Positions 9,481-18,309 are shown, counted from the stretch's first letter. The stretch: DNA of 64,000 nt from Candidatus Pacebacteria bacterium GW2011_GWA1_46_10 (GCA_001002135.1 LCLP01000001.1:361114-425113); one strand, 5' to 3'. The notes: generated from the sequence alone by a model not told the origin. A program made the numbers and translations.

Positions 9481-9741
9481 ATGATGAACAACAAAACATT
9501 TCTCTACCTAGGGGTGGTGGCGGTGGTGTTGGCCGCGATCTTTTATTATGCCAGATCAACCGTCACTCAGCCGGTGCCGGTGGAACAAACAAGCACTGAA
9601 GCGGCCCAGGAGATAGAACAAGCCCCCACGAATCAAGAGGCGGCTGACACGACGATTGAAAAAATCGACGAGGAGTTCTCGGCTACCAGTGAAACGGAAT
9701 TTAACACGGGGGATCTTTCTGATGAGGCGCTGGGACTCTAA
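9481..9741 (+). CDS. small membrane-anchored acidic protein
   Basis: N-terminal TM, E/T/D-rich tail; SD GAGGAG. Confidence 0.7.
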   Translation: MMNNKTFLYLGVVAVVLAAIFYYARSTVTQPVPVEQTSTEAAQEIEQAPTNQEAADTTIEKIDEEFSATSETEFNTGDLSDEALGL

Positions 9742-9783
9742 CAGTTGAGGTCAAGTTGTGTTTGAGATGATACAGTGGTGGGT

Positions 9784-11418
9784 ATGCAGTGGCGCGTATT
9801 AAGTGAGCTAGTTCCTCGATCTTTTCAAGATGTCACCGAGCTTCTCTTGCAGAATCGGTCGATTTTGGATTCACAAGCGTTTCTCCACCCCAAAACACCC
9901 AGTGAAACCTCTTTGGAGGAAGTGGGGCTTGATATTCAAGCAGTCCGGCAGGCCAAAGAACGGCTCGTGAAGGCAATTAAAGACAAGCAGAAAATCTTGG
10001 TCTTTGGCGACTATGATGCTGACGGAGTTTGTGCTACGGCGATCATGTGGGAAACGCTCCACTCATTGGGTGCCAACGTCTGGCCATTTATTCCGCACCG
10101 CGAGCAACACGGCTATGGGTTGACTGTGGCGGCGATTGAGGAGCTGACTGCTCACGATGTACCACAGTTATTGATCACAGTGGACACTGGTATAGTGGCT
10201 CACGAAGCGGTCAAAATATTGAAGAAAAGGAGGGTGGAGGTCATCATCACTGACCACCACCAACCAGAGAAAAAACTGCCACCTGCCTTGGCGGTGGTGC
10301 ACACCACGCAAGTGTGTGGTTCAGCAGTGGCTTGGTTGCTGGCTCGAGAACTGAGTGAGGTTCAGGCAGGCAAGGCCCTTGATTTAGTGGCTTTGGCGAC
10401 GGTGGCTGATCTGATGCCGCTTAAGGGGGTGAACCGGAGTCTGGTATCTCACGGTTTGACGGCTTTAAATAAGACTGAGCGCTTGGGGTTGCAGGCGTTG
10501 ATGGCGGCCGCGGGTTTGGCTGGCAAAAAAATCGACGCTGGCATAGTTGGTTACGTCTTGGCACCGAGAATTAACGCTATGGGGAGACTAGCACACGGTC
10601 TAGATGCCTTGCGACTGTTGTGTACCAACAGTAAGCAGCGAGCCTTGGAGTTGGCCAGTCTGGTGGATGAGACCAATGCTGATCGGCAGCAGTTGACTGA
10701 AGACTTACTCCAGTTGGCTCGGCAGCAAGTGTTTGCCCAGAAGAAGGAATCATTATTGATCGCCTATTCGGCTGATTTTCATGAAGGAGTGATTGGTTTA
10801 ATCGCCGGAAAACTGGCGGAATGGTATGCCAAACCAGCCATCGTGATGAGTGCCCGCGGCCAGCTTGTCAAAGGTTCGGCTCGTTCAGTGCCAGGAGTCA
10901 ATATTACTGAGTTGCTTCGTTCTGCCAGAGAGTACTTACTGGAAGTCGGCGGTCATCCAATGGCGGCTGGGTTTGGTTTTGAGTCAAAAAACTTGGACGC
11001 GCTCATCAAGCATTTGTTTACCTACGCCAAAGAAAACATTGATGCTACTTTACTGCAAAAGACGCTCGACCTTGATTGCTGGTTGCCAGCCGAATTGATC
11101 ACAACCAAACTGATTAGTCATCTGCAACAGTTCGCCCCTTTTGGCCAAGCAAATCCCGAGCCCTTGTTCGCCTTGGCAGACTGGGAGATTCAGGCTGTTC
11201 AGCGGATTGGCAGTCAACAACAGCACTTGAAACTAAGACTCAAGGATACGAAGACCAAACTGGTTTTGCCGGCTTTGCTTTGGGGGAAGGGTGAATTGGC
11301 TGACACCATCCAAGCAGGGCAGCGCGTTCAGGCGGCGGGTGTTTTACAACTTAATCAATGGCAGGAGCAGACTACTCTACAACTGGTAGTGAGGGACTTA
11401 CAGCCGGCGGCAGAGTAA
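9784..11418 (+). CDS. recJ: single-stranded-DNA-specific exonuclease RecJ
   Basis: GDYDADG, TVDTG, TDHH, PRINAMGRL, KGSARS and GGHPMAAG motifs. Confidence 0.95.
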   Translation: MQWRVLSELVPRSFQDVTELLLQNRSILDSQAFLHPKTPSETSLEEVGLDIQAVRQAKERLVKAIKDKQKILVFGDYDADGVCATAIMWETLHSLGANVWPFIPHREQHGYGLTVAAIEELTAHDVPQLLITVDTGIVAHEAVKILKKRRVEVIITDHHQPEKKLPPALAVVHTTQVCGSAVAWLLARELSEVQAGKALDLVALATVADLMPLKGVNRSLVSHGLTALNKTERLGLQALMAAAGLAGKKIDAGIVGYVLAPRINAMGRLAHGLDALRLLCTNSKQRALELASLVDETNADRQQLTEDLLQLARQQVFAQKKESLLIAYSADFHEGVIGLIAGKLAEWYAKPAIVMSARGQLVKGSARSVPGVNITELLRSAREYLLEVGGHPMAAGFGFESKNLDALIKHLFTYAKENIDATLLQKTLDLDCWLPAELITTKLISHLQQFAPFGQANPEPLFALADWEIQAVQRIGSQQQHLKLRLKDTKTKLVLPALLWGKGELADTIQAGQRVQAAGVLQLNQWQEQTTLQLVVRDLQPAAE

Positions 11419-11421
11419 CCG

Positions 11422-11455
11422 AAAAGGGCGCCGATTGGCGCCCTTTTTCTTTTTT
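11422..11455. terminator. bidirectional intrinsic terminator between recJ and dsbA
   Basis: AAAAGGGCGCC-GATT-GGCGCCCTTTT hairpin flanked by A and T tracts. Confidence 0.9.
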
Positions 11456-11468
11456 AATTGGTTGGCGT

Positions 11469-12200
11469 TTATAAATATGAGTCAATGACACTTTTTACTT
11501 GCTCAAACGGCAGGGCACCGGAAATGAGCTCGTATTCACCGTCGGCTGTGACCAGGATGGTACCTGGGGTGCCGGTAATACCAGCGGCACTGCCGCCATT
11601 ATAGTCGTCGTTCACTAACTCGGTGGTTTCGCCGTTCTTCAGACAACTGTCAACCGCCGTGGCACTAACACCAACCTGACTGGCGTAACCCAGCAGTTTA
11701 TCTCTAGTTAAAGCTGAACCAGCGTCAACGGCCGCCTTTTCGAACAAGAGATCAGTAAAGGCCCAAAAGGTATCGTCGTCACTGAGTTTAGCCACACACT
11801 CGGATGCCTCGGCGCTGATCTGAGCTTGTGGGTGAATACCCCTGAGCGGAAAATGCCGGTAAACCCAAGCTACTTGGTCGCCATACTCCTCCAGGACTTG
11901 TTGCATGGTGGGATGGAAACGGTTACAAAATGGACACTCATAGTCGGAGTATTCCACCAATTTAATTGGTGCATTGGGGTTGCCACGAAGGTGATCTTCA
12001 GCCGTCACGGCCGGCATTTTTTCTGGAGTAGCTGGCGGTGGGGTTGGTACCCCGGCGGTAGGAGTACTAGTTGTCTTACCGGTAGTGTTGCCCAAACCGC
12101 TCTTGAGGAGTTTATTTTCACTCCACAATGAACCCAAGACAAAGCCGGCAATAAACGCCACAGCGGCCAGGAGAATCTTCATCAAAGTTTTGTTATCCAT
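11469..12200 (-). CDS. membrane-anchored DsbA/BdbD-family thiol-disulfide oxidoreductase
   Basis: EYSDYECPFC, RHFPL, GITGTPG and SGALP motifs; N-terminal TM; SD GAAAGG before ATG 12200. Confidence 0.9.
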   Translation of the reverse strand: MDNKTLMKILLAAVAFIAGFVLGSLWSENKLLKSGLGNTTGKTTSTPTAGVPTPPPATPEKMPAVTAEDHLRGNPNAPIKLVEYSDYECPFCNRFHPTMQQVLEEYGDQVAWVYRHFPLRGIHPQAQISAEASECVAKLSDDDTFWAFTDLLFEKAAVDAGSALTRDKLLGYASQVGVSATAVDSCLKNGETTELVNDDYNGGSAAGITGTPGTILVTADGEYELISGALPFEQVKSVIDSYL

Positions 12201-12279
12201 GAGAGCCTTTCTAGTAGGGACAGTTTGAGTGAGCTTGTTAATGTGGCCAGAGTAACAATTTTTCGCGTAAAATACAAGC

Positions 12280-13047
12280 ATGTCAATCCGTCAACTGACT
12301 GCTTATGAAAAAAACCATCTTGTAAAATTTGGCAAGAATCTAGTAGAGATCGACCAGTATGGTGAAATGCCGGTGGAATATATCACCGGCAAAGCGGTCT
12401 TTCTGGGCCAAGTGTTGGCGGTTAGTCCAGCCACTCTGATTCCTAGGGTTGAGACAGAAGAACTGGTGGAAAGGATTCAGGCTGATATTTTGCAAGACCG
12501 TACGAATTGGGAAGGAAAAGAACTGACAGGGGTTGATGTTGGCACCGGCTCTGGGGTGATCGGCGTGACGATGGCACAATTTTTTGAACGCCAACAACTG
12601 CGGTATGACTTAACTATGAGTGATATTTCGTCAGCAGCGCTGGCAGTTGCCAAGGCTAATTTTAACGCCCTTTTACCCTCACCACGGTTCGGCCAAGTTG
12701 AGTTTATATTGAGTGATTTGTTGAAAAGTTTTCCCAGAAAGAAAAAACTTGATTTGATTTTTGCCAACGTGCCGTATATTCCTCGGGAGCGATTAGCTAC
12801 TCTCGATAGTTCGGTCAAGGATTTTGAGCCGTTGATAGCCTTGGATGGGGGCGAGGACGGCTTGCAGTACATTTCGCTGCTTCTAAAGCAGGCTGAAGTA
12901 GCGCTGAGACCTGGCGGGAAAGTCTATTTAGAGGTAGACGATACGCACACCAAGGAAAAATTCCGATCGTTTACCGACAGCTATGGTCTTCACTTACTAC
13001 CTGACCAATTTGGCAAGAATCGTTTTGGTAGCTTTACCCTCAAGTGA
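12280..13047 (+). CDS. prmC: release factor glutamine methyltransferase (HemK/PrmC)
   Basis: P.EYITG, LIPRVETEELV, DVGTGSG, ANVPYI and EP..ALDGG.DGL motifs. Confidence 0.88.
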   Translation: MSIRQLTAYEKNHLVKFGKNLVEIDQYGEMPVEYITGKAVFLGQVLAVSPATLIPRVETEELVERIQADILQDRTNWEGKELTGVDVGTGSGVIGVTMAQFFERQQLRYDLTMSDISSAALAVAKANFNALLPSPRFGQVEFILSDLLKSFPRKKKLDLIFANVPYIPRERLATLDSSVKDFEPLIALDGGEDGLQYISLLLKQAEVALRPGGKVYLEVDDTHTKEKFRSFTDSYGLHLLPDQFGKNRFGSFTLK

Positions 13048-13058
13048 ATTGAGATTTC

Positions 13059-13087
13059 TTGACAGTCACTGAGAAACAGTGCACCAT
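13059..13087 (+). promoter_or_regulatory. putative sigma70 promoter TTGACA-17 bp-CACCAT
   Basis: Consensus -35 at 13059-13064; weak -10 at 13082-13087; 6 nt before ATG 13094. Confidence 0.5.
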
Positions 13088-13093
13088 AAAAGT

Positions 13094-13210
13094 ATGGTCA
13101 CGCTCCAATTTTTGTTTGGCAGGTTGATCACTTTTGTAATAGTGTTTGTGCTGGTGTTGGCGTTGTTCTCGGTGTATCTGTGGCTTACCAACTTGGGGTA
13201 TGAGTTTTAG
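13094..13210 (+). CDS. 38-aa hydrophobic small membrane protein (not in the ORF track)
   Basis: MVTLQFLFGRLITFVIVFVLVLALFSVYLWLTNLGYEF*; has its own promoter; overlaps the convergent gene's stop by 4 nt. Confidence 0.6.
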   Translation: MVTLQFLFGRLITFVIVFVLVLALFSVYLWLTNLGYEF

Positions 13211-14073
13211 AGGATGACGCTTTCATCAGTGATATCAAAGTGGGGCAGGACGAAGATGTCTTGACGGTAAGTGGGGTTGGTACCGACAAATTCTGCTTGG
13301 CCGTTGACGATTTTTTCAAACGGTCGACAAATAGGACAGCCGGTTTCGCCATTGGGACAGCGGAAACGTTCCAGTTTGCGGGCTAGTTTAATTTCCTTCG
13401 CTACCTTGAACACAGTTTCATGTGATTGAGCCAAATTGGGGAGAGTCACATCAATGGGTTTGTCATCGGTTTCCAGATACCAATAGCTCATACCGTCAAC
13501 CTGGCGTTTTTGAGTATTGGTGACTAGCAGTAAGTAAATTGGTAACTGGAGGGAATCATTAGCTTCTTTTTTAGTACCGCTTTTGAAGTCCAAGATTCTG
13601 ATCTTGTCTGTATCAGGCAAGTATTCCAGCCAGTCCACTTTGCCACACAGAATAATTTCGTCCACCTCAGACAGCCAATAGTTTGGCAAGTCTTCTTTAA
13701 TCTTGATCGCCAGCCGACCAACCAGCCCTGGGTTTTTGATGATTTTCTGGAGCATCCGCTCACCACGCTGTTTGAACTCACGCTCAGTCTCGGTGTCAAA
13801 AAAGCCACCCTTTTTACCACTGACTTTTTGCCAAGCCTTGTCAAATTTTTGTAACAGATTGTCTTTGAAACGTTTCTCAACAGGCAGGGTCGATAGACTT
13901 TCAATTACTTCGTGGATAGCTTGGCCAAGTGACAGCGAGGGAGAGGCTAGTTGGACTTTGTTACCGGTATCGGGGTTACGGTAAATGTTTTTCAGGAAAT
14001 ACGCTCGAGGACACTTTTGAAAGTCGGAGATTGAACTGTAAGAGACCCAAGTGGCAGCGTATTTGTCAGGCAT
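13207..14073 (-). CDS. PD-(D/E)XK nuclease-family protein (AddB/Cas4-like) with a 4-Cys staple
   Basis: SYSSI..F.KCP..Y, G.AIHEV, GKVDW, ILDFKSG, QL.IY and C-terminal C..C..C. Confidence 0.8.
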   Translation of the reverse strand: MPDKYAATWVSYSSISDFQKCPRAYFLKNIYRNPDTGNKVQLASPSLSLGQAIHEVIESLSTLPVEKRFKDNLLQKFDKAWQKVSGKKGGFFDTETEREFKQRGERMLQKIIKNPGLVGRLAIKIKEDLPNYWLSEVDEIILCGKVDWLEYLPDTDKIRILDFKSGTKKEANDSLQLPIYLLLVTNTQKRQVDGMSYWYLETDDKPIDVTLPNLAQSHETVFKVAKEIKLARKLERFRCPNGETGCPICRPFEKIVNGQAEFVGTNPTYRQDIFVLPHFDITDESVIL

Positions 14074-14106
14074 GAGCTTACTCTAACACACTGAAGAGTG
14101 GAAAAT

Positions 14107-14120
14107 GTAATGATCATTAC
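14107..14120. promoter_or_regulatory. perfect 14-bp palindrome GTAATGATCATTAC (Fur/Zur-box-like operator)
   Basis: Lies in the divergent intergenic region, upstream of TATACT (14144-14149). Confidence 0.5.
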
Positions 14121-14174
14121 GCACTAAATAACTTTTTATTCGATATACTTGCTGGCAAAGGAAGGAAAAACACG

Positions 14175-14657
14175 ATGTTTGATCCAAAAGCTCCCTCATT
14201 TTGGGTGTTACTTTTGATGGCTGTATTGGGTCTTGCCGGCCTGGTTTATTTTTTTAAGGTGGGCAACTCTTTGCAGGTTGCTCCTTCACCTGTCAGTAAC
14301 CGACAAATAGCTCAACAGTCAGGGACAACTCAAGCTGAAAATGCTCCTCAAACTGGTCGATACCAAGAGTATTCGCCGGCGGCTTTTGAGGCGGCAGCTG
14401 ACCAGCGGCGTGTACTGTTTTTCCATGCGCCATGGTGTCCGACTTGCCGCCCATTACACGCGCAACTGCTGGAAAATGAAAACCGGATACCGGAAGATGT
14501 AGTAATTTTTAAAACAGATTACGATAGCAGCACTGAGCTGAAAAGTCGGTATGGGGTGACCTATCAACACACTTTTGTGCAGGTAGATCGTATGGGTGAA
14601 AAAATCAAGATCTGGAACGGCGGCTTACTGGAAGATCTATTGGCCAATATTTTGTAA
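14175..14657 (+). CDS. membrane-anchored thioredoxin-family protein
   Basis: FFHAPWCPTC and YGVTYQHTFV motifs; N-terminal TM; strong SD. Confidence 0.85.
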   Translation: MFDPKAPSFWVLLLMAVLGLAGLVYFFKVGNSLQVAPSPVSNRQIAQQSGTTQAENAPQTGRYQEYSPAAFEAAADQRRVLFFHAPWCPTCRPLHAQLLENENRIPEDVVIFKTDYDSSTELKSRYGVTYQHTFVQVDRMGEKIKIWNGGLLEDLLANIL

Positions 14658-15017
14658 TTAGCGCAGGGTGAAAACATTGGTAGAACCGTCAAGTTTGACA
14701 GTATAGCCATCCACTCGGCCTCGGAACGACTCACTGCCGATCTGGCCACTAAAGGTTGAGCTTGACTCAATGCGCAGGGAAAAATCATCAATGTAGCCGG
14801 TGGCCGTAATTTGTGGCCAGCTGCCGCTCGTTCCGGTGCCCCTAATTTGTCCAACCCCGGATTCGTAAAGATCAATAGTCGTGTCGGTAATGGTGCCGCT
14901 AAAGCTTTGGCGCTGTGGGGTGTTATTTTCTGGGTACTCAACATCTCCAGCTCGGAAATCGCGGCGAGCGAGCCTGCCGGCGACAAAAGCGATGGTGTAT
15001 TCGGCTTGAATGGTCAT
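14658..15017 (-). CDS. hypothetical beta-rich protein
   Basis: 119-aa ORF with TATAAT 7 nt upstream of the ATG; G/S/T-rich strands. Confidence 0.6.
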   Translation of the reverse strand: MTIQAEYTIAFVAGRLARRDFRAGDVEYPENNTPQRQSFSGTITDTTIDLYESGVGQIRGTGTSGSWPQITATGYIDDFSLRIESSSTFSGQIGSESFRGRVDGYTVKLDGSTNVFTLR

Positions 15018-15065
15018 AGGGAGTATTATACGCTATGGTGAGCGTCGGATGAGTTTTTAAGGGCA

Positions 15066-15476
15066 GTGGCAAAAGATCCTCAAGATCCCATCCAACAGGT
15101 GGCCAGAGAACATGCGTCTCAAGTGGGGAGAAAAGCTCGAAGTCTGAAACTAAACATCATGGCTTCTTACTTACTCACCCCAGCTTCTCTTGAAGAAGTT
15201 GGCCGTGCTTATGGTGGGGTTAGCAGGCAACGGGTTTTACAAATTACTCAAGAATCAATCCAAGCTTTGTGGGAAAAGTCGTCGCCTGAGCTAAAAAAAA
15301 GGTTTTCAACTCCTCCCGCCGCTTCAAAAGAAAAAGACCGACTTTATCTGAAGAGTATTGTTTCTGCTGCTATGACTGGCGACTTTAAAGAAATTAAGAA
15401 ACTTAGCCAATCATCCCAATCAAAATGGAGAAAGAAATTAAGAGAGAAGTTTGACATCGAGCTACCTATGTTTTAA
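15066..15476 (+). CDS. stand-alone sigma-70 region-4-like HTH protein
   Basis: SLEEVGRAYGGVSRQRVLQI resembles the sigma r4 consensus TLEEIG..FGVSRERVRQI. Confidence 0.6.
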   Translation: MAKDPQDPIQQVAREHASQVGRKARSLKLNIMASYLLTPASLEEVGRAYGGVSRQRVLQITQESIQALWEKSSPELKKRFSTPPAASKEKDRLYLKSIVSAAMTGDFKEIKKLSQSSQSKWRKKLREKFDIELPMF

Positions 15477-17399
15477 ACGCACTTCTCGTTGTGGGAACGG
15501 AATCTCGATTTGCTCTTTTTCAAACTCGGTGAGAATTTTTTCTTTTAACTCTGCCTCCACTCGCTCTACTCTTTCATATCTTTCCAAATCAATACCATAA
15601 ACATAGTACTCAGCCCGAAGATTGACTGACGAATCTGCAAATTCCACTACCATTAATTCAGGATATTGATGTGTATTAGATGAAACCTCAAAGTCATTTT
15701 CTAGCCATTGGACAAGCTGTTGAATGTAGATATCGAGCCTTAACTCGTCCTCTTCTTTCAAGCTTTTCATTTTTTTCAATAGCTGGTCCACCCGCTTTTT
15801 AAAGGAAGAAAATTTATTTGCATAACGATCGTTTAAACGTTCTAAGTTGTACTGCTCGATGGTTCGTAAATCGGCTAAGTACTTTGAGGCGTTATTGATG
15901 CCAAAAGAATCTAAAACTGGTTGAGGACGGTTCAACGAGGGGTCTTTTTTACTAATCTCAAAAAGTGAAAAGAAAGCTGCCTGTATGGTGGCAAACTCTG
16001 TTTCGATTCTGGTTGCCAACTCACTAATCGTTTGTTTTTCTTTGTTGTCAAGTTGTCTATCAGCTTTAAATTGACCCAAAACTCCTGCCATCACAGTCAG
16101 CGTATAGATAAAGTCTCGATAGGTTTCTTCAAAGCGTTGTCGAATTTGTCAATACTCAACTCCCCAGCTAAGTATGGTTTTTTCTTCGTCAGCAATATTT
16201 TTTTTGAGCGCGGCTTTTATAGCGGGAATCTTTTCTGTGGGATCGCCGACTACGTAAGGATTGGCATTCATGATTTTTAGGACTACTGCTCGGCTTTTTT
16301 TCACATCAGTTCCATACGCTACCCCCAAGGGAAGACTCACTAGTAAGTCAGGTAATGGTCGAGAAAGATTAACAATGGTTTGGCTAGCCATTTCACTGTT
16401 GGGAATTGATACCACGGTATTTTCTTCCACTAAGTACAGCTCTGTGGCCCTGAGGCCAACTCGGCGCACTTCACAAATTCCCAGGTCTGGCAAGCGGATA
16501 ATTTCTCCGAATTTAAATGGTGTTTCAATAGTTAAAAATAGGCCACTAAAAATATTTGAAAGTGCCTCCTGCAAAGCAAAAGCAAGGATAAACGACGCTC
16601 CTCCGATCATTACGGACAACGCTGAAGTATTAATGCCTAAGAGTTGAAGAAAAAACAGGGTGGTGATGGCAAGAATTATTGGTGGAGCTAATCGCTCAAT
16701 AATAAGGACGAGGATTTGATCATAGCTTGATTCGGCTTGTTGAGCGGTATACCGAATTGAATAAACAAGAATTTCTTTTACAAACACTCGATTGAAAAAA
16801 TAAGCCCCAAATAATAGCCCCGTGAGCCTTAATGTTTGATCGGCCAAAGTAATTAATAGCGGTGAAGAAGAGTTTTCTTTGACAAGAAAACTTAACAGTA
16901 CGACAGAAACCCCTAGTGCGACTGGTTTCATTAACACTGTGGCCGCTACGACCACAAAATCGAATTTCGACCGTCGTGATAAAGACTTCAGTGAACCTGC
17001 TCGTTTGTAGCCGACTGAAAATACCCGTAGCAACCGCAGGCTTCGCAAAATTCGCAACGCCCGAAAAATACGAATCACTCTGATAGCGGGGAGTACAACA
17101 ATGACAACATCCAGCCAATTGTTAACTGTGTAATGCCATTTTTTGGGAGCTAACCAGATTCTAATCACAAACTCGATGAAAAATACTGCCCAAATAAACC
17201 AATCAAATATCTCCAGCGGTAACAACCATTGTTCAGGTACTGTGTAAAACCGAGGCAAAAGAATTCCCACCAGCATTAAAATAGCGAGAATCAACATTGG
17301 GATTTCAGATTTTTGTTCGAAACGTTCCAGTCGAGGAGTTTTTTCAGGTTTAGTAGTAATCATTCCCCACAACCCGAGTCTTTTAGTTTTATCGGTCAT
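15462..17399 (-). pseudogene. voltage-sensor (S1-S4)-MscS fusion channel interrupted by one in-frame TGA (16149-16151); pseudogene or readthrough gene
   Basis: ORFs 16149..17417 and 15462..16094 are in the same frame, joined as GVEY*QIRQRFEETYRDFIYTLTVMAG. S4 is RVIRIFRALRILRSLRLLR. MscS motifs are FALQEALSNIFSG, PFKFGE, GLRAT, IPNS and C-terminal EFADSSVNL...IEIPFPQREV. Confidence 0.8.
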
Positions 17400-17419
17400 A
17401 TCGCTTTTTCTTTTCAATC

Positions 17420-17447
17420 AGTATATAAGAAAAAAAGCTTCCGTCAA
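17420..17447 (-). promoter_or_regulatory. sigma70 promoter TTGACG-16 bp-TATACT for the channel gene
   Basis: Near-consensus hexamers upstream of ATG 17399. Confidence 0.6.
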
Positions 17448-17497
17448 CGAAATTTTAATTCTTTCTTGGTGAAAATTAAATAAGACTGAGTGCTTTG

Positions 17498-17568
17498 ATC
17501 CCGGGCTAGGATTCGAACCTAGAACAACAAGTTCAGAGCCTGTAGTGATGCCATTTCACCACCCGGGA
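17498..17568 (-). tRNA. tRNA-Gln (anticodon CTG), no encoded CCA
   Basis: Acceptor TCCCGGG/CCCGGGA, D-arm GTGA/TCAC, anticodon loop CTCTGAA, T-arm CTAGG-TTCGAAT-CCTAG; U1-A72 pair. Confidence 0.93.
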
Positions 17569-17637
17569 TTTCATGATTTTTTCATCTTCCAGCAGTATGC
17601 TGGTAAGACAATTACATAGTATACCAGAGGAAACCAC

Positions 17638-18309
17638 GTGCAAAAGGTGCTTGTTTTGGAAGACGATCCACTCTTGGCCCAGACACTTAAGCAGGGTCTG
17701 ACGGCTAAACGTCTGGCAGTGACGGTGGTCAATGACTTGCGGGCATTTAGTCTGGCTGTCAATCGTGAGCAGTTTGCGGTCTGTGTGATGGATCGGTTGA
17801 TCGGTGATCGGGACTCAATCGAGCTGATTCCGGAAGTCAGAGAGTTGTTGCCCCAAGCCAGAATTTTACTACTGACTAAAAAGTCCGCGGTGCTTGATCG
17901 GATAGAAGGATTGGAGGCCGGGGCGGATGATTACTTGGCTAAACCTTTCTCGATGGCAGAACTGCGGTTGAGAATACGGTCACTCTTGTCACTCTACCGA
18001 GTGGAAAGTGAGACTCATGGTTTGTCGATAGGTAAACTGATGTTTTATCCTTTACAAGGTGTCCTACAGGGGCCGACCGGCAAGGTTTTTTTACCCAGGC
18101 GAGAAACCGAGATCTTACTGTGTTTGGTGCGGGCGGCTGGTACGGTGGTCTCCAAACGGTTTTTGGAGCGGACCTTGTGGCCGGAAACCTTTGAACCGAA
18201 TCCGAGCACCATTGACGTTTATGTTCGCCGGTTGCGCCAGAAACTTGGGTCATTTGGCGGAGTGTTGCGGACCAAACGCGGGTTTGGTTACTACCTGAAG
18301 TTACGCTAA
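17638..18309 (+). CDS. OmpR/PhoB-family response regulator
   Basis: LEDD, phosphoacceptor VMD, GADDYLAKPF, IDVYVRRLRQKL and RGFGY motifs. Confidence 0.92.
   Translation: MQKVLVLEDDPLLAQTLKQGLTAKRLAVTVVNDLRAFSLAVNREQFAVCVMDRLIGDRDSIELIPEVRELLPQARILLLTKKSAVLDRIEGLEAGADDYLAKPFSMAELRLRIRSLLSLYRVESETHGLSIGKLMFYPLQGVLQGPTGKVFLPRRETEILLCLVRAAGTVVSKRFLERTLWPETFEPNPSTIDVYVRRLRQKLGSFGGVLRTKRGFGYYLKLR

Noticed and set aside
13207-14073. CRISPR-associated Cas4
   Set aside because: No array or other cas genes are nearby; generic PD-(D/E)XK is the supportable call.
16100-16151. Selenocysteine insertion at the channel TGA
   Set aside because: No convincing SECIS hairpin follows the codon, there is no redox motif context, and no sel genes are in the window.
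14600-17570. Prophage or integrative element at tRNA-Gln
   Set aside because: No integrase, phage genes or duplicated tRNA 3' end found by eye.
17589-17603. Inverted repeat CCAGCA-GTA-TGCTGG between the tRNA and the response regulator
   Set aside because: The stem is only 6 bp, could arise by chance, and has no supporting context.
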